A stretch of DNA of 64,000 bases from Eledone cirrhosa (Eukaryota). Position 1 is the first letter of the stretch; the number at the start of each line of letters is the position of its first letter. Below are positions 62,360 through 64,000 of the stretch, one piece after another. The stretch covers positions 60,884,001-60,948,000 of the forward strand of contig OZ024740.1 of the NCBI GenBank assembly GCA_964016885.1. The letters are read 5' to 3'. The notes below the pieces were generated by a model. It had not been told where the DNA came from. It worked only from the letters and a program-made list of their open reading frames with translations, and did no database searches. The translations under genes were made by a program, and so were the position numbers.

Positions 62360-63970
62360 TACCTACATTGCCGATAGGATTTACCTACATTGACGATAGG
62401 ATTTACCTACATCGCCGATAGGATTACCTACATTGCCGATAGGATTACCTACATTGCCGATAGGATTTACCTACATTGCCGATAGGATTTACCTACATTG
62501 CCAATAGGATTACCTACATTGCCGATAGGATTTACCTACATTGACGATAGGATTTACCTACATTGCCAATAGGATTACCTACATTGACGATAGGATTTAC
62601 CTACATTGACGATAGGATTTACCTACATTGACGATAGGATTTACCTACATTGACGATAGGATTTACCTACATTGACGATAGGATTTACCTACATTGACGA
62701 TAGGATTTACCTACATTGACGATAGGATTTACCTACATTGACGATAGGATTTACCTACATTGACGATAGGATTACCTACATTGCCGATAGGATTTACCTA
62801 CATTGCCGATAGGATTTACCTACATTGCCAATAGGATTACCTACATTGCCGATAGGATTTACCTACATTGACGATAGGATTTACCTACATTGCCAATAGG
62901 ATTTACCTACATTGACGATAGGATTTACCTACATTGCCGATAGGATTTACCTACATTGACGATAGGATTTACCTACATTGACGATAGGATTTACCTACAT
63001 TGACGATAGGATTTACCTACATTGACGATAGGATTTACCTACATTGACGATAGGATTTACCTACATTGCCGATAGGATTTACCTACATTGACGATAGGAT
63101 TTACCTACATTGCCGATAGGATTTACCTACATTGACGATAGGATTTACCTACATTGCCAATAGGATTACCTACATTGACGATAGGATTTACCTACATTGA
63201 CGATAGGATTTACCTACATTGACGATAGGATTTACCTACATTGACGATAGGATTTACCTACATTGACGATAGGATTTACCTACATTGACGATAGGATTTA
63301 CCTACATTGACGATAGGATTTACCTACATTGCCGATAGGATTTACCTACATTGCCGATAGGATTTACCTACATTGACGATAGGATTTACCTACATTGCCG
63401 ATAGGATTTACCTACATTGACGATAGGATTTACCTACATTGCCAATAGGATTACCTACATTGACGATAGGATTTACCTACATTGACGATAGGATTTACCT
63501 ACATTGACGATAGGATTTACCTACATTGACGATAGGATTTACCTACATTGACGATAGGATTTACCTACATTGACGATAGGATTTACCTACATTGACGATA
63601 GGATTTACCTACATTGACGATAGGATTTACCTACATTGACGATAGGATTTACCTACATTGCCGATAGGATTTACCTACATTGACGATAGGATTTACCTAC
63701 ATTGACGATAGGATTTACCTACATTGACGATAGGATTTACCTACATTGACGATAGGATTTACCTACATTGACGATAGGATTTACCTACATTGACGATAGG
63801 ATTTACCTACATTGACGATAGGATTTACCTACATTGACGATAGGATTTACCTACATTGACGATAGGATTTACCTACATTGCCGATAGGATTTACCTACAT
63901 TGCCGATAGGATTTACCTACATTGCCGATAGGATTTACCTACATTGCCGATAGGATTTACCTACATTGCC
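62348..63970. repeat. 22-bp tandem array G(A/C)CGATAGGATTTACCTACATT, ~74 units
   Basis: Directly visible, with 21-bp and CCAAT variants and no unique spacers. Confidence 0.97.
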
Positions 63971-64000
63971 GGGAAATTGTTTATCATAAAAACATGGCGG

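Noticed and set aside
62348-63970. CRISPR array or telomeric repeat
   Set aside because: The units are contiguous with no unique spacers and there are no cas genes in a clearly eukaryotic context. The unit contains TAGG but not TTAGGG, so its position in a telomere-gene intron looks coincidental.

Overview
This is an AT-rich, repeat-dense animal genomic window, most likely from an octopod cephalopod (inferred from the tRNA-derived SINE and RTE-tail repertoire and the microsatellite load). It is not prokaryotic. The only host gene I can support is absent from the ORF track. Six short, phase-compatible + strand exons (26974-60480) splice into an ARM-repeat protein that aligns exon by exon with the N-terminus of the meiotic telomere-bouquet protein TERB1 (CCDC79), and the gene continues past the window. 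The rest is largely mobile DNA. RTE-clade LINEs occur in several copies, and their reverse transcriptase carries an inserted C4HC3 PHD finger. An autonomous Helitron is split by a Penelope, MITE and hAT block. There are also three Penelope-like fragments, non-autonomous Helitrons, TTAA and hAT MITEs, and many SINEs. Two non-coding structures stand out. One is a ~297-bp palindrome (7038-7334) carrying a complete minimal hammerhead ribozyme on each strand. The other is a probable LTR plus tRNA primer-binding site at the right edge, whose PBS 3' half has been amplified into a ~74-unit 22-bp array. All family assignments come from motif recognition by eye; no database search was run.
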